This document shows, piece by piece, positions 1 to 13,300 of a stretch of DNA of 64,000 bases. Origin of the DNA: Bilabrum cf. latius. Taxonomy: Eukaryota. The DNA lies in assembly GCA_965178125.1 (NCBI GenBank), contig OZ237748.1, positions 372,001 to 436,000 of the forward strand. Direction: 5' to 3'. The translations under genes and the position numbers were made by a program. The notes under the pieces were generated by a model. That model saw nothing but the letters and a program-made list of their open reading frames with translations. It did no database searches and was not told the origin of the DNA. Position 1 is the stretch's first letter, and each line of letters starts with the position of its first letter.

Positions 1-530
1 GGCCTGCAGGGACATCAACAACAACGTGAGTTTGTTCAACTGCATTGCAATAGCTCCTGAGTTTCACATACCAAGCATGCTATCCTAGGTATCAACGGAC
101 ACTCCCACGCACGAATCCATCCCCAAATCATTCCCCCCGCTACCTTGCCTCCTCACCTTTGTCCTTGTCTCCCCCTTCCTTGATCGAGCAGAATGGCAGG
201 ACTCCCGTGGAGATGGCAGCTTAGTGCCGCTGCCTCGAAACCGCTGCCGCCATTCGGTCATTCATTCCATCTCGAGTCCGAAGGGCCATGTGCTGGAGGC
301 GGGCAGTGGAGGCCAAGAGGGACGCATCAATGGTATTCAGGGCAGCGAGCACTGGCAGGCCCATGGAGCTTGAAAAGAGGCTGAGGCTGGGCAAGCTGGC
401 TGGTGGGTTGGCGATCAAGGGAATAGCGATACATGGCAGTAGGAGCTCTATGCTGGTGCTTCCACTGGAGGCAGCCAGGCTGGGAGGGCACGACGAGTGC
501 GTGAAGCTGCTGCAGGAGGCCTAGGCATGA
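1..530 (+). CDS. 3' end of ankyrin-repeat gene copy 0 (partial)
   Basis: End of exon D at 1-25 (GTGAG donor at 26). Terminal exon E 192-530: NGRTPVEMAA[TAG]CRCLETAAAIRSF...LPLEAARLGGHDECVKLLQEA[TAG]A-TGA. Homologous to the terminal exons of copies 2-6. Confidence 0.8.
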
Positions 531-1305
531 GGTCTAGGCTGGCGATAGTGTTGGCCAGCAAGCAAGTCTAGGCGTTCGACGCGATCGGATGGAAGAAGCC
601 CCCCTTGTTGCCAGTCCCAGAGGAAGGCATCTGAGCGCCCTGCCGGCTCGGGGGGCTGCGGGAGCGACGGCCTGGCACGGCCTGCCAGGGCCGCAGGGAC
701 CCGTTCGGCGCGAAACTCCACACTTCTTCGCCCGTTTGGGGGTGCCCCTGCAATTCGTGTGATAAATTTGCAATTGAACAACATGCTTCGGTCACGCGCA
801 TGCGGCTGCAGCCGCTGGGGCGGCCTGCAGACGGCCGCGAGCGCGTTTGGACGGGCTAGCTAGAGAGGCTCCTTGCGCCCGAACCAGCGCCATCCAGCGT
901 CTCACACGAGTACAATCGAAAGGACATAGCATAAAGAGCAATATATCAAAAATCTGCCATGGAGGCCATAGGAGAAAAAATGTGCCGGGCCCGCAGATTT
1001 CGGCTGCAGTGGGCGAGACAGCCGCGCCGCCGGCAAATTTTCTGCAGCCGATCAAATCCCGGTGCAGTCGACGCATACATTCACAAAGAATAAGGTAGGA
1101 GCATTTTATCTCGAAGATTTTCTCCCCGCCCGCTCACAGAGGCCCAGACGTGATCCGGGCGCCCCGCCGGCCGCGCGCGCGGCCAAATCAGGTTCCGCTC
1201 ACGCTAGACTGGCGCGCGGCGCTACCGATCCGGCAGCCCAGGGGTCTTTTCTGCATCTTCCAACCTGCTTGGAAGGAATTGATCTCATTGTGATATCAGT
1301 TTGAG

Positions 1306-4300
1306 ATGTAAGATGGTTTGTGATTATGTTTGATTACCGTTACAACTTGTTGAAGCTGATACCGCTTTGTAGCAGCTGTTGTTACAGTGTTGTATCCTGG
1401 CTACCAATGGTGCGTTGCGATGTCCTCATGGATTCGATCCATATGAGTCTGCTTGACGCTACACATAAAATTTCTACGTCCATCGTCATACTACACAGGG
1501 GAGATACACTTCGAACAGCAGCCAAGTATGGCAACGTGGACGCCCTGAGGGCTTGCCTGGATTCGGGAACGGACATCGAATCCAAAGATAGCGTGAGATT
1601 GAGCTCTACTGGTCGGGCTTTTGGATTCCTTTTTGGGTTGATATACGTGTGTAGACGAGAAGGTCCACGCACAGGCTGTTTCGGAGCTCGAGAGTGATGG
1701 GAAGAAGATCCACCATTGGAGACCTGTTGCACGCCATCGATTCATCAGCGAACTAGATTAGGGGGGGGCTTCTAGGAAACTGATTTCAAACAGTTGCACT
1801 ACTGCTTTCTGTACATGACCGTGGTATGCACCTCTAGTTTTGCGTGCTCTCCGCGCCTGGCCATCAGCGGATCCTCACCCCCAGCCACCAGGTTGCTCCC
1901 TTCCCTCGGGGTCTGCTTGCCATCCACGGCTACCTACCTACGGTTTAGTCTTTCTTTCATGCATTGCAGAGTGGTAGGACAGCAGCATGGTGGGCTGCAT
2001 ACCATGGCGAGGCGGCTGGCCTGTAGTTGCTCATCGAGAGGGGCGCCAACGTGAACGCTGCCATGCTTGTGAGAAAAGAGGTTGCCTACTCAACAGGGCG
2101 GGTTGTAGGCGATACCTGGGATTTTTGATTTGGCTTGGGAGTTCATTAAACTGTATGTATCCATTGAAAAGGCTAGTATATCATCTGTCTGGCTCCTCGT
2201 CGATCGAGTCGGGCCCCCGGGGCTAGTGCTTCCCTCTGACTGACTAGGTCTCAAGAGAAGGCGCGGTTTGTTCCTGCTGTCGCGTGGATGCGGTCGATTG
2301 TATCTAAGCATTATCTCACCATGCATGTCTTCTAGTATTGGTGCTTAGTGTGGCCATCGCTAAGCCCCGGCCGGCTGGCCCACATGGCTCCCGTGCTTGG
2401 TGCGGCAGGTGAGTGGCGGCTTGCGGGATATGGTTGCACTTGGATTGTGTCTGGGTTTTCAAATCGAATGCAAATTGCTTGGTCGCATTAGTGTATTAAC
2501 TGTATTGCAAATTGGCCGTTGATCGATGACAGCTCCCCGGGGGAGGAAGGGCCTGGCCTGTGTGACGGGCATTCAGATCGATCCTCATTGCCTGGCTTGC
2601 GCCTCCGATAGGCGGAGTTCAACGAGTTTGCACTGATCAGTACATACATAGTATGACATATATGTGATTCATTTGAGTCATTTGTCTTTCAGGACCTGTA
2701 CAGCCGGCGAGGCGGCCGCCGCCCGTCCCCCCAGAGGGCCCCTCGGCTATCTCATCCCACATGCGGATTCAGAGGCTGGGACCGGTCCCTGTCGTGATGG
2801 AATGGCTTGAAAGGAAGACATATGCATGTTTGGATTGGTTTGGCTTCCAGTGAGTTTGTCCCTCGAGCGGGAATCGATCCGGAGACTGCGCCCCTAGGGC
2901 CCAGAGCGACTCCCACCGGTCCGTGCCATAGCACCACCCACACCCCCAACACCCGCCCCCATGCCCACACACATCCACACCAACACACACCCCAAGCACA
3001 TCCCCTGCCCCCTCACCCCCTGTCTCCCATTCCCCTACCGCAGGGTGGCGACACACCCGTTCATAGGGCATCCGGGAGCGGGCACAAGGACTGTCTTCGA
3101 ATGCTTGTTAAGAATGGGGGGGACGTGAATGCGGTGAACAAAGTGAGATAGATAAACATATGTTGACGGAGAGGTTGGTATTGTGTGTCTGTGCTTGTGT
3201 GTTGGATGGGTGTCCGTGTCTGTCTGTCTTGGGATTACCCGCTCCCGGGTCCGAGACCCGCTGGCAGGGGTCCTTCGCGGTGCTCCCGCTGCGTTGATGG
3301 TTTGGGGCTTGACACTTGTGCGCGTATCTCGGGCTGTAGGTATGGTATGGTATCATGGTTTGGACCCATCGGCTCGATTTAGGCACCGTAACCCTGCGAT
3401 TGGATTCGACTCCAGATCCGAATGGTCGCATCGGATGAGGCGGGGGAGTCATATTCATCCGAGTTGATTCTCCTGCTGTGGTTGCTCGTCAGAACCGTGG
3501 CCGTCCATGAGCATGTGCTAGTCGATGAATTGATGCTGGATGCCTTATTTGGATTTGATGTATGGTTTTTCTGATAAATCGAACTTGTTTGGGCCGGGTC
3601 GATGCTGCAATTGATGCTTGACGGGCCTTGGACTGTGTGTCTGAACGGCTCTGTCCGGTTCGTTCTGGCGAAGCTTCGCAGCCCGTTTCGATCGGGATCT
3701 ATCACTGCGAGATTGTTTCGTCTTGGTCTACAGTCCTCGCTACGATGCTTGGCTCTCAGGGCGGTGGCGTATTGCCACCTTTGTAGACACGCGTGTGTCT
3801 AGTGACCGACCTGGCTCTATCTCCAGGTCATGTGCTAGTGGTCGGGCAGCCCTGGTATGGGCTGCCGAGTCACCATGCCTCACGGCTCTGCCAAGACTTG
3901 GATTGTCTTGGCGAAGCGGTTACAACCGCTAATAGCGCGGAGCAACAGCCCTGTATCGATTCACTGCCAGTCAGTGCTTGCCCAAGGGGGAAGGTGGGCG
4001 GGTAAAATGTGATGAGTTACGAATGAAAAGACTGGCGATGGGATGCGATAGTAGGCACTGCTGAAGTAGCGCGGCAGTGGTAGTAACTGCGGGGATGGTG
4101 GGTGGGTTCAAAACAACAAGCAGTGGGAATCACCTCCTCTGGAGTTGCCCCTGCCTGTCTTCCCAGTGTGTATTGCCACATAATGACAATTATTACTGAG
4201 AATATCGGGGCACAGCTGTAGAACACAGGTGCCACCGAAATTCCGAACAAGTGAGAGCCTCACATCTGCGCTCGGACTTGCGACCAATACTACACAATCT

Positions 4301-7300
4301 CTCCGATCTAAATCACTTCGTAACGTGCCTCCGTACCTACGGCACACAACTGACGGGATCTATCACTGCGAGATTGTTTCGTCTTGGTCTACAGTCCTCG
4401 CTACGATGCTTGGCTCTCAGGGCGGTGGCGTATTGCCACCTTTGTAGACACGCGTGTGTCTAGTGACCGACCTGGCTCTATCTCCAGGTCATGTGCTAGT
4501 GGTCGGGCAGCCCTGGTATGGGCTGCCGAGTCACCATGCCTCACGGCTCTGCCAAGACTTGGATTGTCTTGGCGAAGCGGTTACAACCGCTAATAGCGCG
4601 GAGCAACAGCCCTGTATCGATTCACTGCCAGTCAGTGCTTGCCCCGCCGTTACCCACATGCGGGGTATTGCACTGACGTGGTATTGCCCTTTGCCGTATG
4701 TAATGCCACGTCGAAAGCGTGTGTATGGCCAGGTATCAAAGTGAACTCCCAGTGCTGTGCACGGCCACTCAATGCATTGGTAGGTAAACCGATGCAAAGT
4801 TGTGTCACGAAATCCCAAGCTGTATTCCGAAATGCTACTTCTTCCCTCCATCCAAAACGATTGCATTCAAACTCCCAAAACGATTGCACTCAAACCTAGA
4901 AGAACTTCTCATTCAAACTCCCAATATGAATCTCCCACAATCGTCTAGGATGGCATAGACTATTGCAAAACCTGTATCACTACGAAATGTCCATTAAACT
5001 ATAGACACTAACCAACAAAACTCCCATAATAACAAAGACCAGATGGTCAACGCCAATTGCAGATCTTGGCCAATGCCACAATGCCAGGGCCAACAACACG
5101 ATGGTGGCCCCGCGTAAGTGGCGAAGCACACCACGGACGGCGCTGCCGCGATCAACTGCATATCCGAAGCCCTTACGTGGGCAGGATTCAGCTCGGGCAG
5201 ATGCGATCATGCCCAAGCTAATTGAACCATGGCGGCCAAGAGCAAGTGGATAAGCATACCACGAAAGGCGCTGCCACGAGCAACTGTATATCCGAAGCCC
5301 TTACGTGGGCAGGAATCAGCTTGGTCAAATGCGATCATGCCCAGGCCAATTGAGCGATGCCGGACAAGAGGAAGCGGTTAAGCACACCACGGACATCGCT
5401 GCCACAAACAACTACTTATCCGTAGCCCATATGCGGGCAGGGAGCAGCTCGAGCAAGTGCGAGCACGACCGGGCCAACTCACAGAGGGCGGCCCAGAGCA
5501 AGTGCCGAAGCACACCACGAACATCGCTGCCACGAGCAACTGTATTGCCGAAGCCCAAACGTGGGCAGGGAGCAGCTCGGGCAGATGCGACAATGTTCAG
5601 GCCAACTGAGCTATGGCAGCCCAGACCAAAAGCCGAAGCACACCACTGACGGCGCTGCTACGAGCAACTGCATATCCGAAGCCCTTACGTGGGCAGGATG
5701 CAGCTCGGGCAGATGCGATCATGCCCAAGCTAATTGAGCCATGACGGCCAAGAGCAAGTGGATAAGCACACCACGAAAGGCGCTGCCACGAGCAACTGTA
5801 TATCCGAAGCCCTTACGTGGGCCGGGAGCAGCTCGGGCTAATGCGACCATGTCCAGGCCAACTGAGCCATGGCGGCCAAGAGCAAGTGCCGAAGCACACC
5901 ACGAAAGGCGCTGCCACGAGTAAATGCATCTCTGAAGCCCTTACGTAGACAGGAATCAGCTTGGTCAAATGCGATCATGCCCAGGCCAATTGAGCGATGC
6001 CGGACAAGAGGAAGCGGTTAAGCACACCACGGACATCGCTGCCACAAGACACTGTATATCCGAAGCCCAGACGTGGGCAGGGAGCAGCTTGGGCAGATGC
6101 GACAATGTTCAGGCCAACTGAGCTATGGCAGCCCAGAGCAAGTGCCGAAGCACACCACGGACGGCGCTGCCGCGATCAACTGCAAATCCGAAGCCCTTAC
6201 GTGGGCAGGATTCAGCTCGGGCAGATGCGATCATGCCCAAGCTAATTGAGCCATGACGGCCAAGAGCAAGTGGATAAGCACACCACGAAAGGCGCTGCCA
6301 CGAGCAACTGTATTTTCGAAGCCCTTACGTGGGCCGGGAGCAGCTCGGGCTATTGCGACCATGTCCAGGCCAACTGAGTGATGGCGGCCAAGAGCAAGTG
6401 GATAAGCATACCACGAAAGGCGCTGCCACGAGCAACTGTATATCCGAAGCCCTTACGTGGGCAGGAATCAGCTTGGTCAAATGCGATCATGCCCAGGCCA
6501 ATTGAGCGATGTCGGACAAGAGGAAGCGGTTAAGCACACCACGGACATCGCTGCCACAAACAACTACTTATCCGTAGCCCATATGCGGGCAGGGAGCCGC
6601 TCGAGCAAGTGCGAGCACGACCGGGCCAACTCACAGAGGGCGGCCCAGAGCAAGTGCCGAAGCACACCACGAACGTCGCAGTCATAAGACACTGTATATC
6701 CGAAGCCCAGACGTGGGCAGCGAGCAGCTCGGGCAGATGCGACTATGTTCAAGCCAACTACGCAATGGTGGCCGCGAGCAAGTGCCGAAGCACACCAGGG
6801 ACGTCGCTGCTACGAGCAACTGCATATCCGAAGCCCATTATGGACAAGGAGCAGCTCGGGCAAGTGCGACCATGTCCAATCAGAATGACCGATGGCGGCA
6901 GCGAGCAGGAGGCGAAGCACACCAGGGACGTCGCTGCCACGAGCAACTGCATATTTAAAGCCCATTCATGGGCAAGGAGCAGCTCGGGCAAGTGCGACCA
7001 TGTCCAATCAGAATGACCGATGGCGGCCGCGAGCAGGAGGCGAAGCACACCAGGGACGTCGCTGCCACGAGCAACTGCATATTTAAAGCCCATTCATGGC
7101 CAAGGAGCAGCTCGGGCAAGTGCGACCATGTCCAATCAGAATGACCGATGGCGGCCGCGAGCAGGAGGCGAAGCACACCAGGGACGTCGCTGCCACGAGC
7201 AACTGCATATTTAAAGCCCATTCATGGGCAAGGAGCAGCTCGGGCAAGTGCGACCATGTCCAATCAGAATGACCGATGGCGGCCGCGAGCAGGAGGCGAA

Positions 7301-10300
7301 GCACACCAGGGACGTCGCTGCCACGAGCAACTGCATATTTAAAGCCCATTCATGGCCAAGGAGCAGCTCGGGCAAGTGCGACCATGTCCAATCAGAATGA
7401 CCGATGGCAGCCGCGAGCAGGAGGCGAAGCACACCAGGGACGTCGCTGCCACGAGCAACTGCATATTTAAAGCCCATTCATGGCCAAGGAGCAGCTCGGG
7501 CAAGTGCGACCATGTCCAATCAAAATGACCGATGGCGGCCGCGAGCAGGAGGCGAAGCACACCAGGGACGTCACTGCCACGAGCAACTGCATATTTAAAG
7601 CCCATTCATGGACAAGGAGCAGCTCGGGCAAGTGCGACCATGGCCAATCAGAATGACCGATGGCGGCCCGGAGCAAGAGGCCAGGCACACCAGGGACGTC
7701 GCTGCCACGAGCAACTGCATATTCGAAGCCCATTCATGGGCAAGGAGCAGCTCGGGCAAGTGCGACCATGTCCAGGCCGACGGCGCGATGGCGGCCCGGA
7801 GCAAGAGGCCAGGCACACCAGGGACGTCGCTGCCACGAGCAACTGCATATTTAAAGCCCATTCATGGGCAAGGAGCAGCTCGTGCAATTGCGACCATATC
7901 CAAGCCGAGTAACCGATGGCGGCCCAGAGCAAGAGGCCAGGCACACCAGGGACGTCGCTGCCACGAGCAACTGCATATCCGAAGCCCATTCATGGGCAAG
8001 GAGCAGCTCGGGCAATTGCGACCATGTCCAATCAGAATGACCGATGGCGGCCGCGAGCAGGAGGCGAAGCACACCAGGGACGTCGCTGCCACGAGCAACT
8101 GCATATTTAAAGCCCATTCATGGGCAAGGAGCAGCTCGGGCAATTGCGACCATGTCCAATCAGAATGACCGATGGCGGCCGCGAGCAGGAGGCGAAGCAC
8201 ACCAGGGACGTCGCTGCCACGAGCAACTGCATATTTAAAGCCCATTCATGGGCAAGGAGCAGCTCGGGCAAGTGCGACCATGTCCAGGCCGACGGCGCAA
8301 TGGCGGCCCAGAGCAAGTGCCGAAGCACACCAGGGACGTCGCTGCCACGAGCAACTGCATATTTAAAGCCCATTCATGGGCAAGGAGCAGTTCGGGCAAG
8401 TGCGACCATGTCCAGGCCGACGGCGCGATGGCGGCCCAGAGCAAGAGGCCAGGCACACCAGGGACGTCGCTGCCACGAGCAACTGCATATTTAAAGCCCA
8501 TTCATGGGCAAGGAGCAGCTCGGGCAAGTGCGACCATGTCCAGGCCGACGGCGCGATGGCGGCCCAGAGCAAGTGCCGAAGCACACCAGGGACGTCGCTG
8601 CCACGAGCAACTGCATATCCGAAGCCCATTCATGGGCAAGGAGCAGCTCGGGCAATTGCGACCATGTCCAGGCCGACGGCGCGATGGCGGCCCAGAGCAA
8701 GAGGCCAGGCACACCAGGGACGTCGCTGCCACGAGCAACTGCATATCCGAAGCCCATTCATGGGCAAGGAGCAGCTCGGGCAATTGCGACCATGTCCAAG
8801 CCGACTGAACGATGGCGGGCCCGAGTAAGAGGCCAGGCACAGCACGGACGTCGCTGCCACAAGTAACTGCATATCCGAAGTCCGTACGTGGGCAAGGAGC
8901 TGGTCGGGCAAATGCGACCATGGCAACCTGTAGCGAAGCCCGGACGAACTGGAGCAATTTGAATGCGAAGGCAGCTGCAAACACTAGATGGAGGCTACGG
9001 AAAAAGGTACACATTTATAGAACATGCCTGCTATTGTCGCAAGATGCGAACAGGTCAAGCCGCCGTGATATGGCGGACTGTGCGATGTACGGCGCTACCT
9101 GGCGGCGGCGGGAGCACATCGATGTAGATAGGGCACAGCTCCCTAAAGCGTGTTGTGAGGCCATTAGTAATAGACAAAATGTCTAGATGAACCTCCCCAG
9201 CAGCTCACGCTGTCGAATTGTGCAGGCTCTGATGAGGGCAGAACGCGCAAGAGGTGGGCAAATTCGAAGTGCCCCTGTTGTCGCCGAGATAGGAAGACGG
9301 CGGCAAGCACGGATTTATCAGTCTGGCCAATGAGAGCTAGTATAGCTGACTGTGGAAGTGAACCACATGTAGTATTGTGTACGCCTGAGGCGGAAGCGAT
9401 CCGCAGCTGCACACGAGGACCAGAATCGTCTCTCGGTGTCAGGGTTGAGGCCCTACAAGCCCTCAGGGAATCATGATAATAGCCAGAACCGTCGGTGGCT
9501 AGGAAAGGGAGTCTCGTGGAGTACGGCCAAGCAAACTAGAAGCCGCGAAAATAGACAGCAGCTGTGGGCTGAAAATTTTGGCCGGTTGAACGGTACATAA
9601 GACAGGCTGCTATGAGCTCATTCAGAGAAACGGAAAAAGCACCGTCAATAATAACAGGCAGTGCTGCCAAGACCATGATCCCTTGGAACCGGGTTCCCAA
9701 AGGAGCTGTGCCGATCAAACGGTGCAGTTTCCACCAACACACGGGCAGAGACTGGCTCGACGAGCGAGACCAGCTAATCATACCCATAGAAATGCAAAAT
9801 CACTCATGCACAGCGGACATCAGGACTGGCAGGGCTCCAAAATGGCATGCGACCACGTCCTGGCATCGAATCCATGATCGGCAGTAGGAGGCCACGGGGC
9901 CAACTACAAGATCACGTGCCATGGCGTCTGACGAAGCAGGCTCCAATGACAATCGAATGCAATATGTACCAAATCTATGCAATCTGTGCAGCTGGTCCGA
10001 ACGGGCTCCCTAAGCGGGCATGCGAACGGAAACCGGCTGTGCAAATCCGAGGTGTTCACCAATTCACGGGCAAAGGCTGGCTCGACGAGCGAGACCAGCT
10101 AATCATACCCATAGAAATGCAAAATCACTCATGCACAGCGGACATCAGGACTGGCAGGGCTCCAAAATGGCATGCGACCACGTCCTGGCATCGAATCCAT
10201 GATCGGCAGTAGGAGGCCACGGGGCCAACTACAAGATCACGTGCCATGGCGTCTGACGAAGCAGGCTCCAATGACAATCGAATGCAATATGTACCAAATC

Positions 10301-13300
10301 TATGCAATCTGTGCAGCTGGTCCGAACGGGCTCCCTAAGCGGGCATGCGAACGGAAACCGGCTGTGCAAATCCGAGAAATGCGGTGTTCACCAATTCACG
10401 GGCAAAGGCTGGCTCGACGAGCGAGACCAGCTAATCATACCCATAGAAATGCAAAATCACTCATGCACAGCGGACATCAGGACTGGCAGGGCTCCAAAAT
10501 GGCATGCGACCACGTCCTGGCATCGAATCCATGATCGGCAGTAGGAGGCCACGGGGCCAACTACAAGATCACGTGTCATGGCGTCTGACGAAGCAGGCGC
10601 CAATGACAATCGAATGCAATATGTACCAAATCTATGCAATCTGTGCAGCTGGTCCGAACGGGCTCCCTAAGCGGGCATGCGAACGGAAACCGGCTGTGCA
10701 AATCCGAGGTGTTCACCAATTCACGGGCAAAGGCTGGCTCGACGAGCGAGACCAGCTAATCATACCCATAGAAATGCAAAATCACTCATGCACAACGGAC
10801 ATCAGGACTGGCAGGGCTCCAAAATGGCATGCGACCACGTCCTGGCATCGAATCCATGATCGGCAGTAGGAGGCCACGGGGCCAACTACAAGATCACGTG
10901 TCATGGCGTCCAGACGAAGCAGGCTCCAATGACAATCGAATGCAATATGTACCAAATCTATGCAATCTGTGCAGCTGGTCCGAACGGGCTCCCTAAGCGG
11001 GCATGCGAACGGAAACCGGCTGTGCAAATCCGAGAAATGCGGTGTTCACCAATTCACGGGCAAAGGCTGGCTCGACGAGCGAGACCAGCTAATCATACCC
11101 ATAGAAATGCAAAATCACTCATGCACAACGGACATCAGGACTGGCAGGGCTCCAAAATGGCATGCGACCACGTCCTGGCATCGAATCCATGATCGGCAGT
11201 AGGAGGCCACGGGGCCAACTACAAGATCACGTGTCATGGCGTCTGACGAAGCAGGCGCCAATGACAATCGAATGCAATATGTACCAAATCTATGCAATCT
11301 GTGCAGCTGGTCCGAACGGGCTCCCTAAGCGGGCATGCGAACGGAAACCGGCTGTGCAAATCCGAGGTGTTCACCAATTCACGGGCAAAGGCTGGCTCGA
11401 CGAGCGAGACCAGCTAATCATACCCATAGAAATGCAAAATCACTCATGCACAACGGACATCAGGACTGGCAGGGCTCCAAAATTGGCATGCAACCACGTC
11501 CTGGCATCGAATTCGCGGTCGGCAGCGTGAGGCCACGAGGCCAACTACAAGATCACGTGTCATGGCGGCCTGACGAAGCAGGCTCCAATGACAATCGAAT
11601 GCAATATGTACCAAATCTATGCAATCTGTGCAGCTGGTCCGAACGGGCTCCCTAAGCGGGCATGCGAACGGGAACCGGCTGTGCAAATCAGCTCCTGTTC
11701 AAAACAACAAGCAGTGGGAATCACCTCCTCTGGAGTTGCCCCTGCCTGTCTTCCCAGTGTGTATTGCCACATAATGACAATTATTACTGAGAATATCGGG
11801 GCACAGCTGTAGAACACAGGTGCCACCGAAATTCCGAACAAGTGAGAGCCTCACATCTGCGCTCGGACTTGCGACCAATACTACACAATCTCTCCGATCT
11901 AAATCACTTCGTAACGTGCCTCCGTACCTACGGCACACAACTGACGGCATCGCCTGGTCTGGTGCTAAAATGCATTCAAAGCAGTGTATGTTTTTAAGGT
12001 ATTGTAGGAATGCGTTTGGCCTGGTTGGAATGCAGTAAGTGGTGGTTTCGCAGTGCACCTGGCGCTACCTCTCGGTCGTCGGCTCGCTGCCGGACCGCTG
12101 CCGCATAAGGCCGGTGGAAGATACGTTGCATGGATTCAAACTCTGACAGATCGATCGGCCGGGCAGTTACCGAAAATGTTCCATGTTGCATCATGAGCTT
12201 TCAGAACCCTCCGATCTATCCGCAGGATGGAGACACTCCCCTGCACTATGCAGCGTACATGGGTCTCACCGCCTGCGCCGCCATCCTCATGGAGGCAGGG
12301 GCCAGCAGAGGCATCAAGAACAACGTGAGCTTGCCAAACTGCATCGTAACAGCACTAAAATTTCAGATATCCATCAAGCTATCCAAGGGATCAAAGGACA
12401 CTCTTACGCCCGAATCCACCCCCCGTGTACCCTTGACACCCTGGCTCCTACTCTCTCCGTCGCCTCCTTTGATTGAGCAGAGTGGCAAGACTCCCTTAGA
12501 TGACGCATCCTCAAGGGGCCGGAGGGAGACAGCTGCCGCCATCCGATCGTTCACTCGTAGCTCCCCTCCGAGCGGTGGGGGTGCCTCTGGCGGGGCATCT
12601 GGGAGTGAGCTGGCTCGTGTGAAGCAGCAGCTGACGGATATTCAGGCCCAGGTGCAGGCCAAGGACCAGCAGCTGAGGGAGCGCGATGCCCAGGTGCAGG
12701 CCAAGGACCAGCAGCTGAGAGAGCACCAGCAGCAAATCCAGGCCAAGGACCAGCAGCTGAGGGAGCGCGATGCCCAGATGCAAGCCAAGGACCAGCAGCT
12801 GAGAGAGAACCAGCAACAAATCCAGGCCAAGGACCAGCAGCTGAGGGAGCGCGATGCCCAGGTGCAGGCCAAGGACCAGCAGCTGAGGGAGCGCGATGCC
12901 CAGGTGCAGGCCAAGGACCAGCAGCTGAGGGAGCGCGATGCCCAGGTGCAGGCCAAGGACCAGCAGCTGAGAGGGCGCGATGCCCAAATACAGGCCCTTA
13001 CCCATCGCACCCCACTCGGGGAGGCATGTCACGCGTTGGCCGCCGACGTGGATGCTGGGCTGCTGCCCAGTCCGGTGGAGGACGCGGGGGACGATCCTGC
13101 GGGCATCGGGGCGGCGCTGCGGGCCCGGCTGGGGCTGGGCGAGGGGGCGGCGGGCGAAGCCGTGTGGAGGCAGCTGGCTCTGAGCATGGGCAGGCACCGG
13201 GCTGCGCTGCAGGACCTGGAGCTGGGGGCCGTGGCGGGCGGGGACTGGTTCGGGCATCTGCACGGGCGGCTGCAGTACGCCACAGGACAGGGCGGCTGTC

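Larger units (their letters stand above)
3696..11947. mobile_element. Non-autonomous split-direct-repeat element, copy 1 (Ngaro/PAT/TOC1-like layout)
   Basis: Repeat A (288 bp) at 3696-3983 and 4357-4644. Repeat B (251 bp) at 4106-4356 and 11697-11947. The flanks rejoin to the paralogous intron sequence (cgatcgg|catcgcc, compare about 26985) with no TSD. No RT or recombinase ORF recognised. Confidence 0.8.

Noticed and set aside
3696-4644. Classical LTR retrotransposon
   Set aside because: No TG...CA termini, TSD or gag/pol, and the repeats are split rather than terminal.
5305-11655. Many repetitive ORFs in the satellites (also 51262-60478)
   Set aside because: Basic unit lengths (125, 128, 325, 326) are not multiples of 3, so the frames rotate. 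Not credible proteins.
12130-12480. N-terminus of the 1021-aa ORF as listed in the ORF track
   Set aside because: 12130-12225 and 12325-12480 match introns of the paralogs (which contain TGA or frameshifts there) and have splice motifs. They are open by chance.
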